From positions 19,487,413 to 19,551,412 of the forward strand of contig JAUZTB010000066.1 of assembly GCA_034780895.1 (NCBI GenBank): 64,000 nt of DNA, given 5' to 3'. Positions 1 through 14,019 of the stretch are shown here, in pieces. The DNA comes from Rhynchobatus australiae (taxonomy: Eukaryota). Position 1 is the stretch's first letter, and each line of letters opens with the position of its first letter. A model generated the notes under the pieces. That model was not told where the DNA came from, did not search any database, and worked only from the letters and a program-made list of their open reading frames with translations. Made by a program: the position numbers and the translations under genes.

Positions 1-171
1 CACATCAGTTTTCCTGTCAATTACATATTTAATTCCCCATTTTCCTGATCAGGTGTCCCTTCACTACCTCATCCCAACAGTGCATTCCAGATCCTAACCA
101 GTTGCTGGATGTCACCTTTGGTTCTTTTGGCCATCTTCTTCCTTCTATTGGCAATTTCTCACTTCTATTGG

Positions 172-625
172 AGTGGAAAAGAAGGCCAGAAAGAGTGCAG
201 AGGAGATTTACGAGGATGTTGCCAGGTCTCAAAAGACTGAGTGAGTTATGCAGAGAGGTTGAGCAGACTGGGACCTTATTCATTGGAGCAAAGGAGAATG
301 AGGGGTGATCTTATAGAAGTGTATAAAATCAGATAGGGTGAATGCACTCAGTCTTTTCCCAAGGTTGGGGAATCAAGAACTAGGGGGTATGGGTTGAGGA
401 TGAGAGGCAAAAGAATGAACCCAGAGTATGCTCTGTATATATGATGAACAGCCAGAGGAAATGATTGAGGCAGGTATATTAACATTTTAAAAGACACTCT
501 GGTAGGTACAAGGAGAGGAAAGCTTTAGAAGGACCAAACACAGGCAAATAAGACTAGCTAAGATAGATGTCTTGATTGGCTATGGACCAGTTGGGCTGAC
601 AGGCCTGTTTCATTATGTATGAGTC
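172..625 (+). mobile_element. CR1-type LINE, 5'-truncated decayed 3' end
   Basis: ERVQRRFTRMLPGL, the CR1 ORF2 C-terminal motif, followed by a typical 3' tail (...gggctgacaggcctgtttc...). Confidence 0.85.
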
Positions 626-1589
626 TGATTATTGAGTCTTTTGCCGATAGGAATATTTTCTTTCCATTAATGATGTCTGGACTCCTCATAACTTTAAATA
701 CCTCTATCCCATTTCACCTCCTGACCTCCCCTGCCCCAAGGAAAACTGGCAGTTTCTGTAGTCCCTTGCCCTGCAAATTTCCCAGTAAATCTCTTCTGTA
801 CCCTCTCTGGGGTCTTTGCATCCTTTCCTACATTTGTGCCCAGAAATCAATATTTGTTGTGGTTAAACCACTGCCTTGTGTAATGATCTTTGCTTCAATA
901 AGGCATTTCATGTAATTAAAAAAAACCTCTTCTATCCATTTCCTATTCCCTTTGTGATCACTGCTTGTCATTGATCCTCCAGGTAAAAGAAAAATTTTTG
1001 AGATTCACTCCTTGTAGAAGCTTTATAATTTAAATAAAAACTTAATTGAAACTCCTTGCTGGTGCCCTACTCCAGTTGATCATGTCCTGGGAATAATAGC
1101 TTCCTATAATTAAGTTCCAAATCTGCAATTCTGTTGGCCTTTTTCTTTAAACTATTCAAATGTACCTTTTTGCTTGTACTTTCAAGGAATTGTGTATTTG
1201 AACCCCTATGTTTTACAATTCATCAAAGCCTTCTAATGCCCCTACCTTTAAAATTGAAGAGGGCTTCCATTCATGTAGTACCTTCTCACAATCTTGAGAT
1301 GCTGAAAAGTGCTTTATTGGTTAGAAGTAAACCAGAAATTGCTGGAAATAGTTCAAAGCTAAGGCAGCAATGGAGAGAAGTGAGAAAAATCTTAAGTCCA
1401 TGACTTGTGTTTCATTTAACTTTTCTCAGCTCTAATGACAAGTTTTTAAAGCACTGGAAAAGGTAGGAGAGGAGGTGAGAATAAGAGTGAAGGGTAGGTA
1501 AGTTGAAATGTCAGAAGGGATGATTGTGGAAAAAGTGCCAATGGATCAATAAGTAAGTGACTAGTCAACTGTGAGCTTAGCATAACTAA

Positions 1590-2500
1590 CTAAAAGTGCT
1601 AATTATCTGATATTGTCGCATTCAGTCTGAAAAGTCTGCAGCATGCCGAGTCAGAAGATGAGACACTGTTCCTTGCATTTATGTTGAGTTTTGTTGGAAG
1701 AGGCAAAGAACAGGATGCAGAAAGGAAGTGGGCCAGAGAATTCATTGAGAATTGTGCTTGGGGACTGAACAGGGATTTTTCTGCACAACACTCATCCCAT
1801 CTGCATTTCTTCTCCATGCAGAGGAGACCACATTATGAGTTCCAAAAATAGTGTGTATGTAGTTCAAAAAAAAAGTACAAATAAATCAGTTAGGAAATGT
1901 TGAGGACTTGGATGTGGAAAGAGAGGGGTTAGAAAGCAGGTGATACACTTCTGGTTGTACAGCTAGATGCCATTGGAAAATGGAGTTATTATTGGAGGTG
2001 AAAGGGTGAACCAAAACATCCTAATGGAAATAATTCCACAGGAATACTAAAAAGGGAGAAGGGAGGGTGCAACTGACAACAACATCATGCTGAAAGTGCC
2101 AGAGATGATGAGCAATGACCCGATGAGTGCGATGGCTGAAGTGATGGATGGTGAAGACCAGGGAAACTTAATCCTTGAGAGAGTGAGAAAGGGAGAGAGC
2201 ATTCATGTAGAAAAGTGAGTGTGTGTATTGTTGAGTACCCTGTCATTATAGTGGAAGGGAATAAACAGAAGTGCTCTAAAAAGCTCTGGCATGAAAGATG
2301 ACATTGTCAGAACCAATGCAGTAGTGGTGGAAAAATGGGAAGAATGAAAGTGCAGTCAAGATGGCGGTGGGAGTCACTGGCTTGTTGCTAAGTTATGTCC
2401 TGAAGTGGAGATGGAGAACTTTGAGGTGGGCCATGTGAAGGTGAGAGCAGGCTGGAAATTTTTTTACTTGAGGCCATGAGAAGGAAGCAGCAACAATGAA
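1590..2500 (-). mobile_element. Penelope-like retroelement remnant (RT/GIY-YIG), decayed
   Basis: Minus strand gives KEQCLIF*LGMLQT (cf. EEQHLIFRLGTLQP) near 1630-1675 and a frameshifted KP.DSHRHLDCT (cf. KPTDSHSYLDYT) near 2350-2385; ends approximate. Confidence 0.65.
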
Positions 2501-4499
2501 TATTCAATATACCAGAAAAGAAAGGAAGGGATGGAACATGAATAGGACTGAAACCAAGAATTTTCCACATTGTTCCTTGTCTCATTATGTTGTGTTTTTT
2601 AAATCCTTTTTTTGACACTTAACTTAATCAGTCTTGTACATGAGAGACCTTCACTTTTCTCCCCTTCTTCCTTTTTCTGCATCTTAAAATATATACAGTA
2701 GTAACCTTTCTCAGTGCTGGTGAAAGGTCATTGACTAGAAATTTTTGAATTTCTGGCTTAAATTTTTGAGGTTGCCAGAGTTCCAGAGGGAACCTTTGAT
2801 ATTAACCCATATACAAGTGCACAAAAGCTTCAGGACTCCTGGATGAGTGGGGAAATCCAGATCTTGCTGGATGAGCTCCACCAATGACTTGTCAGCTGTG
2901 CTCAGCTGCAAGACTCCACATTGAGTCTGAGGGTGAACTGGACCTTACTGGAATTCCCCAAAACATTGCACCAAGGAAAATGATTTGAATTGTGCATAAA
3001 GTTGGTCCTGGCATTTTTACACCCATTGTTTTGAATGGCAATTGAACAGCAGTGAGAAGAAACAAAATAAAGTAAAATAAAATGTTTAATTATTAATTTG
3101 CTTTAATTTTTTTATTTTTAATAGTGGTTAGATTTTAAGTTCATTTTAGATTTTTTTTTGTTTTGCATGCTTTGTACTTTAAAAAAAAAAGCCTTGATAG
3201 ACTGCAAAGCTGAGGCATAAATTTGACTTCAGTTAAAGGGGATTTGCAGACGGGGCTTGCTCTGGACTGTCAACGTCATTCATTAGAGTTGTTTAAGGAC
3301 CTGGGGCTTGATGCTCACTTCCAGGATGGTATTGGCCAACAAGATCTGCCGATCAGATCTGGTAAATTTTAGCAATTGGGAACAGCCTGGTGAGCTTTGA
3401 TAGCAGATTCCATTTCATAAAATTAGGGCTTCCTGATTTTTCTTGATCCACAGGTGCCATATAATGTCTGAAGCATTTACCATTTTTTACTTTTTGCATT
3501 GTAGTTTGAAGCTTAGTCAGTGTTTTGTGGTTTAAAAAATACAGGTCTCTTTTTTTAAAATATATATTTCATTTAAAATGCACTTGCCTACCAATTCTGC
3601 TAATGTGTCTGTCAGTAGTTTTTTTTTTAATTATCCTCTCCTCACACTCTGTCGTCAACATGTTTTGAGGTTGTGCTTTGTAATTCATCTATGTAAATTA
3701 AGAATAAAAATCTGGATCCACAGTTTGCACCTCTTTGACTTTTTTTATTCTGAGCAATATCTGTATACCTTTTTGTTTCTTGTATGCTAAGAATTTTTAC
3801 TTTTATCCATTTTCTTGTATACAATGCCCCTTGATTTTTCTAAGACATCTCTTGACACCTTATCAAATGACTTTTGTATATCCATCTACTTGGCCTACTG
3901 CAATTGCTTTTTTCCACTTGGTCTCTTCAAATGACAATATTGTACTTTGCATATGCACTTAATGCTGGGTAATTTTCTCAGGTTATCAATTTCAAGGTTT
4001 GCCCACAACTGCCATTGAACTAACTGGTCTTGCATGTCGTACCAATTTATCCCTTGAGTATGTTTTGCCATTCAGTTTGATCCTAGGTGATCTGAATCAC
4101 AACTCTAAATTATTTATCCATGTTCTTGGATATCCTTGTCTAATAAAATCCTTTTTGTCGTAGCCATGAAAAATTGGATTGACCTATCCTCTCAAAGAAA
4201 GATTAAGATTTCTGCCACACTCTTGAATTCAAAAGTGCTCTTGATTATGTTCTTAAATGATCTAGTTCTAATTTTAAGATTCTATTCCCTTGTTCTAGAA
4301 CTCCACCACCAGAGGAAATATTTTTTTCTGCATCCTATCAAATCTTTTTAGTTTCTTAAACATTGTACAACCATGGTTTGCATTTCTCAATGACCATTAN
4401 NNNNNNNNNNNNNNNNNNNNNNNNNNNNNNNNNNNNNNNNNNNNNNNNNNNNNNNNNNNNNNNNNNNNNNNNNNNNNNNNNNNNNNNNNNNNNNNNNNN

Positions 4500-4629
4500 T
4501 GTGGGCATGATATGTTGGCACCGGAAACATGGTAACACTTGCGGGCTGCCCCCAGAACACTCTATGCAAAAAGATGCATTTCACTGTGCTTTGATGTACA
4601 TGTGACCAATAAATATATCTTATCTTATC
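4500..4629 (+). mobile_element. 3' half of a SINE (same family as 33585-33834); 5' part lost in N gap
   Basis: Near-identical to the reverse complement of 33590-33687; ends aataaa-tatatc(ttatc)2. Confidence 0.8.
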
Positions 4630-5139
4630 ATAAGATAATAGTGGATAGATTAAGGTTGAAATTTTTTACTTTTTCTGAACTTACTAAGCAACAGTAAAAT
4701 TGTCACCATGGAATTTTGTTGGACTGGAGTGGGAAATTCTCCAAACACACTGGAACAAGGTTCAGTGCATGCAGTAATGAACATCTAACCGAAGTTTACA
4801 TTTTAGCTTTGTTAGTGACACAACCCCAAGGGGTCCAACAATTAAAAAAAGAGAATAGTTTCTTCGAACCAGCAATAACTCTCTGGCTCTGAATATTGGG
4901 TTGACATGTTAAGGATACACTAGTTTAGTGGATGAGCTGGCTGTCTTTCACTTTGAGGGTAATGGGGTTCCCCCAAACCCCTCCAACCACAAAGGACCAA
5001 TCATGGTGTTCAGGTTGAGGCCCATCCTTGTTGGTCAGCCTGTAACTTCTCCACACCATTCCTCAAAGGACACTTGAAAATACATCAATTATCGAAACTA
5101 TCAGATTGTCACTCCATGATCTTCCATGTTGTATATGAT

Positions 5140-5415
5140 GAAACACAAAGAGGTTTTTTTTTACACAGGGAGTGGTGGGTACCTGGACTGCACTGCCAGT
5201 GGTGGTGGTGGAGGCAGATATGATTGAGACGTTTAAGAGGCTCTGGGATATGCACATGGATATGAAGAGAATGGAGGGATATGGATCATGTGTAGGCAGA
5301 AGAGATTAGTTTAATTAGCTGTCATTAGCTTAATTAGTTCGGCACAACATTGTTGGCTGAAAGGCGTGTACTGTTCTTTGTTCTGTGTTCTATGTTCCAT
5401 GTTCTATGTTCCATG
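5140..5415 (+). mobile_element. CR1-type LINE 3' end with short tandem tail
   Basis: ttttacacagggagtggtgggtacctgg...tttaagaggctctgggat..., ending in (ttctatg/ttccatg)n. Confidence 0.85.
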
Positions 5416-6162
5416 ACAGACTTCACCCCCCAATGTATGTGGAATTCTTATGAATGATACTAAAGACATCTAAATGGCCATTTAAATGACCATTAAATCT
5501 TGGGCCATTACGAACCGTACTATGATTTTGATATCGGCAGTCTCAACAGGGTTTCCTGAATCTTTGTTGCCAATAGTGATATTCACTTATTGGATGATAC
5601 TTGTAGCCTTGGTTTTTCCAGGCACTTCTTTGAGTAAATCACTTGATTGGACCCTCAGCCACATGTCTCATGTCACAGACAGCAAAGCCAAAATCCTTCA
5701 TATGGTTTACTGCCCGAAACTGAACACTACATGATGAGATCTCCATGTTTCTGTGTCTTCCACCAAATAATTATCTAATTTATCCTTTTTTTACTTTCAA
5801 TTATTAACTCACTGTCACATGGCAAAATTTGGAATATTACAAAATTAAGGTGTGGCCAGATCATCTGATATCTATGGCTTTTAACAGCCCATGGTGCCTG
5901 TCATCAGGGTAGGATCATACATTTTGAGTTCTGTTAACTTTTTCAAAAACAAACCTACTTCTACAATTTGTTTTGAATTATTCCTTATCCTCCTAGTTCC
6001 AGATTTTCACTGCATCATATCTGTCATAATTCCCTTCCTAATCTCTGAATGGCCATCTCTAACTATACTTGTTAGATAATTATTAAGCAGTAACCATTTC
6101 CTCATGTTATCTACTTGCCTTTTTCTTTTTCTTTTGCTTTCTCTATTTTTCCTATTGTTATT

Positions 6163-6406
6163 TAAATTTTAAATTTTATTTACAGCGTGGTAACAGGCCC
6201 TTCTGGCCCAGCGAGTCTGTGGAACTCATTTTAAACCCCAAATTAACCTACCTAACGTCTTTAGAATGTGGAATGAAACCGGAGCACCCGGAAGAAACCC
6301 ACACAGACACAGGACAATGTACAAACTCCTTACAAACAGCGGGAATCGAACCCTGATCACTGGCGCTGTAATAGCGTTGTGCTAACTGCTACGCTACCGT
6401 GTTGCC
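6163..6406 (-). mobile_element. tRNA-derived V-domain SINE (HE1-like) with CR1-type tail
   Basis: Minus-strand head GGCAACACGGTAGCGTAGCAGTTAGC (A box) ... GGTTCGATTCC (B box); V-domain ccggagcacccggaagaaacccac; tail ggcccttctggccc plus (ttaaatt)n. Confidence 0.88.
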
Positions 6407-6495
6407 TTTATTACATGTCTACCATTTTAATTTTACTTCCAATGTCTCTACCAAAAATATTCTTATGTTACATATTCCTTAAGACTATAGATGTA

Positions 6496-6765
6496 GAGTA
6501 AAAGTCTGCTACCTAACTAGTTGGAAATCCCAGCAGTTTAGGATCTGGCCTAGAGGTGATGTTTCTTACGTCTCTTTGAAACTCACTGGGGGCTATGGTC
6601 CTGGGCTCCCTTGAAACTTAGCAAGTTCACTAGAAAAGTAATATCTTCTTAAAAAAGTGAATGTAAAGTATGTTGGTATATTAATAGTATAATGAATGGT
6701 TCAGAAAATCTGCCAGACCTACACCATCAAATTCCCAGGAGAGTCAGATTATTGGAGTTTTACTG
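6496..6765. mobile_element. Possible Tc1/mariner-Tigger-type MITE, old
   Basis: Imperfect terminal inverted repeats ta-gagtaaaagtc / gagttttactg-tg. Confidence 0.4.
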
Positions 6766-7109
6766 TGTATTTTTAAAATTTTTGCATCTCATATAAAGAT
6801 TTCTACTTTGAAAGTCAACTTGTTTACTAATATTTCCAGTTACTTTGGATCTTNNNNNNNNNNNNNNCATTTTATCTCATCCTGCACTCCTATTCTTGAT
6901 TCTTAGAGCAATGGATATATTTTAGTCATTCTTCTACCTTGAACGCCTGAAACTATAGGTTTATAAAACAGTGAGTGCAGAGGGAAGCCATTCATCTCTG
7001 TGAATCTGTACCGACACATTCCAAAGGGCATGACAATTAGTCCCACTCCCCTCTTCTTTTCCTTTTTATCCTTTCAAAGAGGTATTTGAAATATACCTCA
7101 ACACTAGTA

Positions 7110-7352
7110 CAGGCAACCTGTTACAGGGGGTTGTATTCCTAGACAACAGTCTGTATTGTGATTTTACATAATGTAAAGTTGCATTACCTGCACCTGCAAC
7201 AAGAAACATAAGTTGAAAAAGAATTTGTGATTTATTTACTTTATTCACATTCATGAGAGAAAATTTTTATTCCCTATCTTAAATTTTTGGGTATTGAATT
7301 GTGCGAGGGTGAATTTCCATTACGTGAACAACAGTAACGTGGGGATTGTCTG
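7110..7352. mobile_element. Possible Tigger-type MITE, old
   Basis: ta-caggcaacctgttac versus the reverse complement of the right end, cagacaatccccacgttac. Confidence 0.35.
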
Positions 7353-7959
7353 CAGTGTATCAATATAGTAACCAATACAGTATTTGTACTATCTACTATA
7401 ACCTTAAATCTTATTTTGCTTTTTGCCTGTCATCCTGAATCTGGTTCTCAGGTCATCAACCCATTGTCATTGGAAGCAATCTCCTTTTATTTACTTTGTC
7501 TAAATCCTTCCTTCATCAAATCTCCTCTTGGACAACTCTTAAGATTAAGATTTTTTTTTCATTTATTCCAGTATGTGTTTTGGATAGTTAAATTCACCCG
7601 ATATTACAGGTCTTTCTCTATTAATTATCTTAACTCAATTTTCTGGTTGCCTAGAACATTGCCTATTTCTTAACAATATGCATTCCTTCCTCTATTAATA
7701 ACCAAGGAAGGATATCACATTGCTCTAAATTTGGGTAGAACTGGAAAGTTGTATTCCCTGGTGTAATGATTTCAGGAGCTTGAGGGAAGTGTTCAAGAAT
7801 GATGGAATAAAATTTCTTCACATTTCTGAAGCGTGGAATGCCTCGCCATTAAAAACTGGTGGGGCGATTGATTGATTTGTTGTAAAGGTAAATGAACAAA
7901 GACTTAAAGAATTATGGGAATAAAGTGAAGCTGTGAAAATAGCCAGTGGGAATTAGAGG

Positions 7960-8290
7960 AGTAAATATATAGGAGGGGCACAAAAAAGGTAAATGGTCAG
8001 CCCTTTTCCCAGTTTAAAGGAGTCTAAAGGTAGATGGGAAAGATTTAAAAGGGATTTGAGGGCCAAGTTTTTCCACGTAGGGGTGGTGCATATAAGGTAC
8101 AAGCTGAGAGGAAATGGTAGAAGCAGGAAAAATTGCAACACTTAGACATTTGGGCAAATACATAGGAAAGCTTTAGGGGGATATGGTCCAAAAAACAAGC
8201 AAATGGGACTAGCTCAGGAGGGCACCTTGGTCTCCATGATGAGTTCAGCTGAAGGGCCTGCTTCCATGCTCTATAACTCTGATTCCATAA
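7960..8290 (+). mobile_element. CR1-type LINE 3' end
   Basis: gaaagatttaaaagggatttgaggg...ttttccac..gggtggtg...gaagggcctgcttccatgctctataactct. Confidence 0.82.
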
Positions 8291-8961
8291 AATCATCTGG
8301 GATTGATCTTGGATGTTCCAGAAATATCTCCCTTTTAAATTGTGATGCAATGTTTCTAGCTTTGTTTTATGCAGAGAGGGAGCTGTGTAATTCTAATTCT
8401 GTGAGTGAATATCGGCCATTTATATTTTTTTTCTTGGTCTAAGTATCTTTGGGATACCGAATGCTAGTAATATATCTCACTCATCTCCAGATGAAGAACC
8501 AAGAGGTGACTTGGAATGTGATATTTTGTATGACAGCACTCGACTTTTTTTTCTAAGACTATTATTTTTACCATTGTGACGTGACAAGAATTCCAATGTG
8601 CCTGCCGTTTTCTTAGTGCTGTAACAATTGAAATAACAGAATGACAAAAGCCTGTTTATTATAAAAGTATCACATTGTTACTAATACTAATCATAATTAT
8701 TTAATCAAAATTACATTATGAGACGATATGATGGTATCGTGAAAAAGGAAAAGGTAGCTTCCGTTGAATTTAACAGCTGGCAAAATAAGTGTCCATGGAG
8801 ATTGTTGTATTCTGCCCCGATCTGTTTTTACTGTCTGGATTCAAGGATGCCCAAGAAGATAAGGGATGGGGAGGAATAGTGGCATAATTTAGAAATCCCC
8901 ACTTCCATCAAAACACAAACATTTTATGAACTGCATTTTGATGTATATATTTTTGTTACAG

Positions 8962-9080
8962 ATATTTTTAACCTCTTTGCTAACGAATCTGGGAGCTATG
9001 TTGTTCGAGAGGAGATGGAAACAATGTTACGAGCTTGTGATGGAGAGGTTCAACTTGGAGTCAAAAAGTGCTTTATGGAG
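8962..9080 (+). CDS. USP32: USP32 exon 4 (119 nt, phase 1 to 0)
   Basis: ttacag|AT...GAG|gtatgc; (Y)IFNLFANESGSYVVREEMETMLRACDGEVQLGVKKCFME. Confidence 0.93.
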
Positions 9081-11479
9081 GTATGCATTTTATATTTTTG
9101 CATATGAATTGATCCAAGTATTCAAATTGGAACAAAATATTTCAGAGCTAGAAATCTGAAACAGCAACAGGAAACTTGAACAACACTCTATGTTTGGTAC
9201 AATGTATTTGGAGAGNNNNNNCAAATTAATAATTCAGTTGTGACCCTTTATCAGAGAAAGGATTAGTAGCCATTTATAAGACAAGGATGGAGGAAATGGG
9301 ATATGCACTGAAGGAGAAAGAATTGTAAGGTAATTATGTGGAGAACTTAACATGGATGAACTAATGGTGGTTATGTAAGACTAATGGAGGAATGAGGAGG
9401 ACAACTGGAGAAATGTGAAGCATGGAAAACACTGGGTGAGAAATTAAGTTGGTCTGTGTAAGCAAGAGATGGAAGCATCTTATCTGACAGTAGTTGTCAG
9501 TAGTCTGATTTTACTTGTGCTTTGACATGTTTGCTTTTGCACCTACTTTCTCTGGCCATCATTTTTACTTGCACAATGAACCTTAGAAATAATGACAGTA
9601 TTTACCCAAATCTTATTTTGACTTTTCCATCTGTTCTAGTAAAGCTCAAGGAACAATGTTTGTCTTTGTTCAAGGTATTCTGCAATCATGTAGCTTTAAT
9701 ATAGACCAATAAATTGTATCTTCACCACAGCTTCCATTTTCTTTCTTGCAGTAAGTGCTCATTTTCAGAACATCTGTGGGCAGGAGAGGGAGTAGTTGGT
9801 ACTTATTACAGAAGTCACTTAAGATCTTTCAAATCCACCCAAAGTGATAAGATTTCCTATTTGACACCCAATTGACCGCATTGTACAATTGGCATCATTC
9901 TCTCATTTTTAAAGATATGAGGAAGGGATTGTGTGATAATTGTAGACCAGGCTTTAAGGAATGCGATGAAACAGTTAGCCTGCACTGTGCTATAATTTGT
10001 ATAACTTTAATAGAGCAGTTTGTGAATGTTCAAATAATATGTTTGATATCCCCATTTGGGTACTAATTTTGTACTTGTATTCTTCATCCAAAAGATGCTT
10101 CCAAGTTGTGGAATTGAACTCCGTGTGTCAAAACTTGAAATAACTCCTGCATTCCAAAAAATGAGCTGCCAACTTAGTAGCTCTGTGACAGGGGAAGTTT
10201 CCAGTTTACGTGATTTGTGTTTTACAAAACTGGTATATTGAATCATGGTCAGAAAATGCCTGCCTCTCCCTTTCGCTGAAATTACAGTTCTTGCTGGATA
10301 ATAATCATGACTGCTTGTGCCACTTAATAAAATCCAAAGCCCATACATTATCACCCTGTCTAATGTTTGTGTTTTCATGTATTTACAAAGGATAAAAGTA
10401 GAATNNNNNNNNNNNNNNNNNNNNNNNNNNNNNNNNNNNNNNNNNNNNNNNNNNNNNNNNNNNNNNNNNNNNNNNNNNNNNNNNNNNNNNNNNNNNNNNN
10501 NNNNNNNNNNNNNNNNNNNNNNNNNNNNNNNNNNNNNNNNNNNNNNNNNNNNNNNNNNNNNNNNNNNNNNNNNNNNNNNNNNNNNNNNNNNNNNNNNNNN
10601 NNNNNNNNNNNNNNNNNNNNNNNNNNNNNNNNNNNNNNNNNNNNNNNNNNNNNNNNNNNNNNNNNNNNNNNNNNNNNNNNNNNNNNNNNNNNNNNNNNNN
10701 NNNNNNNNNNNNNNNNNNNNNNNNNNNNNNNNNNNNNNNNNNNNNNNNNNNNNNNNNNNNNNNNNNNNNNNNNNNNNNNNNNNNNNNNNNNNNNNNNNNN
10801 NNNNNNNNNNNNNNNNNNNNNNNNNNNNNNNNNNNNNNNNNNNNNNNNNNNNNNNNNNNNNNNNNNNNNNNNNNNNNNNNNNNNNNNNNNNNNNNNNNNN
10901 NNNNNNNNNNNNNNNNNNNNNNNNNNNNNNNNNNTGAGGGAGATGGATGAGGATGTTGGAGGATAGTATGTGGTAAGTGTAAATGGGTGCTTGCTGGTCA
11001 GCACAGATGTTCTGGGCCAAAGGTCTTGTTTCCAGGCTATATGAAAGCATGAAACATAACACTGTAAACATTCTGCAGATGTAGATTACCATTAAATTGC
11101 ACAAAGATGGGGGTTTCTTTGTAAGTGCTGGATAAATTATCACAGAATGGTTATAGCAATGAATGCTGCCATTCAGCCTGTCGGATCCATTCTGGCTTTA
11201 NNNNNNNNNNAAGAGCAATCCAACTCATCCAATTTGCCCTCTCCCCGTAGACCTACAGATTCTTTATATCCATGTAGTTACCCGACTTCCTCTCTTGAAT
11301 TCCACAATGAATCTTCCTCCACAATGACCCATTCAAGACCCTAACCACTGTGCTTTGTTTTGGTAAAGAAATATTCTTCCTCATCACTTTTACTGCCTAT
11401 CACCTTCATTGAATGCACCCCTAGTTCTTGATCACACACCCCTGCTAATGGGAACACTTTATCGATTACTTATACAATA

Positions 11480-12010
11480 ATATGAATCAGGAACATGAGA
11501 TGACCACTCGGCCTCTCAAGTTTGCCTCCCCAATTAATGAGATCATGGCTGATCTGATTGTTACTCATCTCTGCATTCCCATGTACCAAGCAATAACCTT
11601 TTAACCCCTTCCTTATCACAAATTTATCTGCCTCTGCCTTGAAAATATTCGGACTCTGCTTGCACTTTCCTGAGGGGTCAACTTGGCGTGCTTCCTCTGA
11701 ATTCTCTCCAATACATGTATAATCCATTCTCAAATGAGGAAACCACTCGTGTAATATTCCAGGTGTGGTCCTACTAATAGCATGTACAGTTGTTGCAAGA
11801 CTTCTTGCACTTCTGTAGGCAATCCGTTTTATTGTAAAGGCCAAAATTTGGCTTTCAAATGTGCCTGTATGCTAATTTCTTGTGTTTAATCTAGGGGGAT
11901 ACCCAGATCTTTCTGTATGGCAGTATTGCCTCTCTCCATTTAAACAATATTTTGTTTTCCTGTTCTCCCTTCTAAGTGGATAACCTCTCATTTCCTCACA
12001 TTTGGCCAAT
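11480..12010 (-). mobile_element. CR1-type LINE 3' portion, decayed
   Basis: Minus strand carries FKAEADKFVIRKGLKGY and 3' UTR ...atcagccatgatctcattaattgg; explains ORF 11470..11844. Confidence 0.8.
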
Positions 12011-14019
12011 TTTTGCTCAGTTTTTTTCCTGTTTTGTGACTCTTGCATGAAAGCTTGTATCTAGTTATTGACAAAGGCAAAGATTTTGTGTTGCTCTGAC
12101 CAGCTGCAGGCTTTCTCTACCATTTCCACTGCAGATTTTATTGCAACAGTCTTCAGGCTCATCTACAAACTTTCATGATGTATTTCTTAAAGTGTAGCTG
12201 CTTTGTTTACAGTGCAGAATTTGATAAAATGTCCTTGTCAGCATTGCACATGTGGAAAGATTTTGCTTTTTACTGAGAATTGGGTGGGATTGTGGTGCAG
12301 AGTTTAGTGCTCTACGATTCTCGGTGGGATGGTTATTACAAGTAAAGCCAAGTAGTGAGCAGTATGTTTTAGTTTAAAATCAATTCCATACCCTTGTTCT
12401 TTTCAAAACAAAAAAACTAAACTGGATCTTTGATCTTTTTTAAGATAAGAATAAAATGGGGTCTAATTCTGGAGTCATTTAGGAATGATCAATTTTGAAT
12501 ATAGAGCAAGTGAAGAAATAATTCACTTTTTGTAGTCTCCTCCCTACAGTTCTAAAAGGCTGATCCAAATTCATTTTGTTTTTAGCAACTGTGCTCTCAA
12601 CTGCCTGACTCTCCTGAAATGTTATCACCTCCCTGACTTTTTTCCTCCAAAAAAAAATCCTTTTTCTTTAATCAAGCTTTTGGTCATCTGCCCCAATATA
12701 TAATGTGCACCAATGTCATATTTTGATTAATAATTCTTATGTAAACCTGCCTTATGGTATTTTGCTACATTTAGGGGTGCTTTATAAAATAGTACTTTTA
12801 GTGTTTTGCTCCTTCAGCATTTTTTAATTTGCTTTAAACTGAAATGTGCTTTGTTAGAAGTTAAGTTGTAGCACATTTCAAAGTAATGAGTACTTGTATA
12901 AACTAATATTTGCCAGGGCATGCGATGGTGGTGTCTCTCAGATTGAATAAAGAAAAACTTCCCCTCAATAGCTTTGGCTATTTTTTTTGTCTTTTAGGTT
13001 AAGATCACATTTGGGGAGGAGCAAAGATAGATAAAATAACTGATTACGTAATAGGAATTTTGAGCAATGCCAGCTGTAATGACATTCATTGGATGCTTTA
13101 GGTTCCTCTTTCGTAGTTATTTGTGTGGTTCCTATTGGGGTTTCCCCTAACAAAATGTGAGCGCATGTGTATTTAATCACTGCAGACAGATTTAGGGAGG
13201 GCAGTTCCTTGAGAGTGGACATAATAAAGAAAGCAATTCATAATTGGCTATGCCTCAGATGTGTAGGGTACTTTTGTAATGTGTCTGTGGCCTATTGGAT
13301 AATAAGAGCGTGTGCTTGATGTTAAAAAAGTCTCTTGAATAAGAACAAAAACATAAGGATTATTTGAAGAATGGTGGCACATGTGGTAAGTAGTAGTTTT
13401 ACTACTTTAACTTGTGTGAGTATTTTCACTGTGACTAACTTGTATTGTGGCTTGAANNNNNNNNNNNNNNNNNNNNNNNNNNNNNNNNNNNNNNNNNATT
13501 CTGTTGGTGTCAGGCCTCCTGATGCACTATGGCTACATTGAAATCGTAGTGTAAGTGCATGCTTTTGAAATGATGCTATTGTGATATTTTTAACTGGATT
13601 GTTCAGTGATGCACGTGCATAGGTAATTACAATATCATTTAATAGACTTCTATCATAAGGAATTCTTAGCCACTTCCTCAATTTGAGTTTTTTATTTTAA
13701 ACAACTGGGCTTTATTTCAGTATTTTTGCCAAATAATCTTCAATTTTTGTGGGTACTTCTGCACTTTCTATCAAGCCAGACAGAGCATTGTGTGTGAAGT
13801 ATCTCAGATAATGCATTACAGATTGATTTTTCTGTCCTACTAGAATGTATATTTGATCCTCTCACATATCACTGAACGAAACCAGCAAATAGACGTCACA
13901 TTGAGTAATGTGGTTTAGTTAAGTTAATATGGAACTATTTAAGATTATAAAGCAAAATTGGTTAGATACTGTGTAATACCATTTAATTTTGATAAACTTT
14001 ATGTACTTAATATGACATG

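Noticed and set aside
1-8961. Search for USP32 exon 3 (VIYCSFGGTSKGLHFNNL...)
   Set aside because: Not found by eye; it probably lies upstream of the window
10007-11143. Longest ORFs in the track (378 aa here; others at 44190, 47664, 59985)
   Set aside because: Their length comes from translating N runs as X; the flanks are not coding-like
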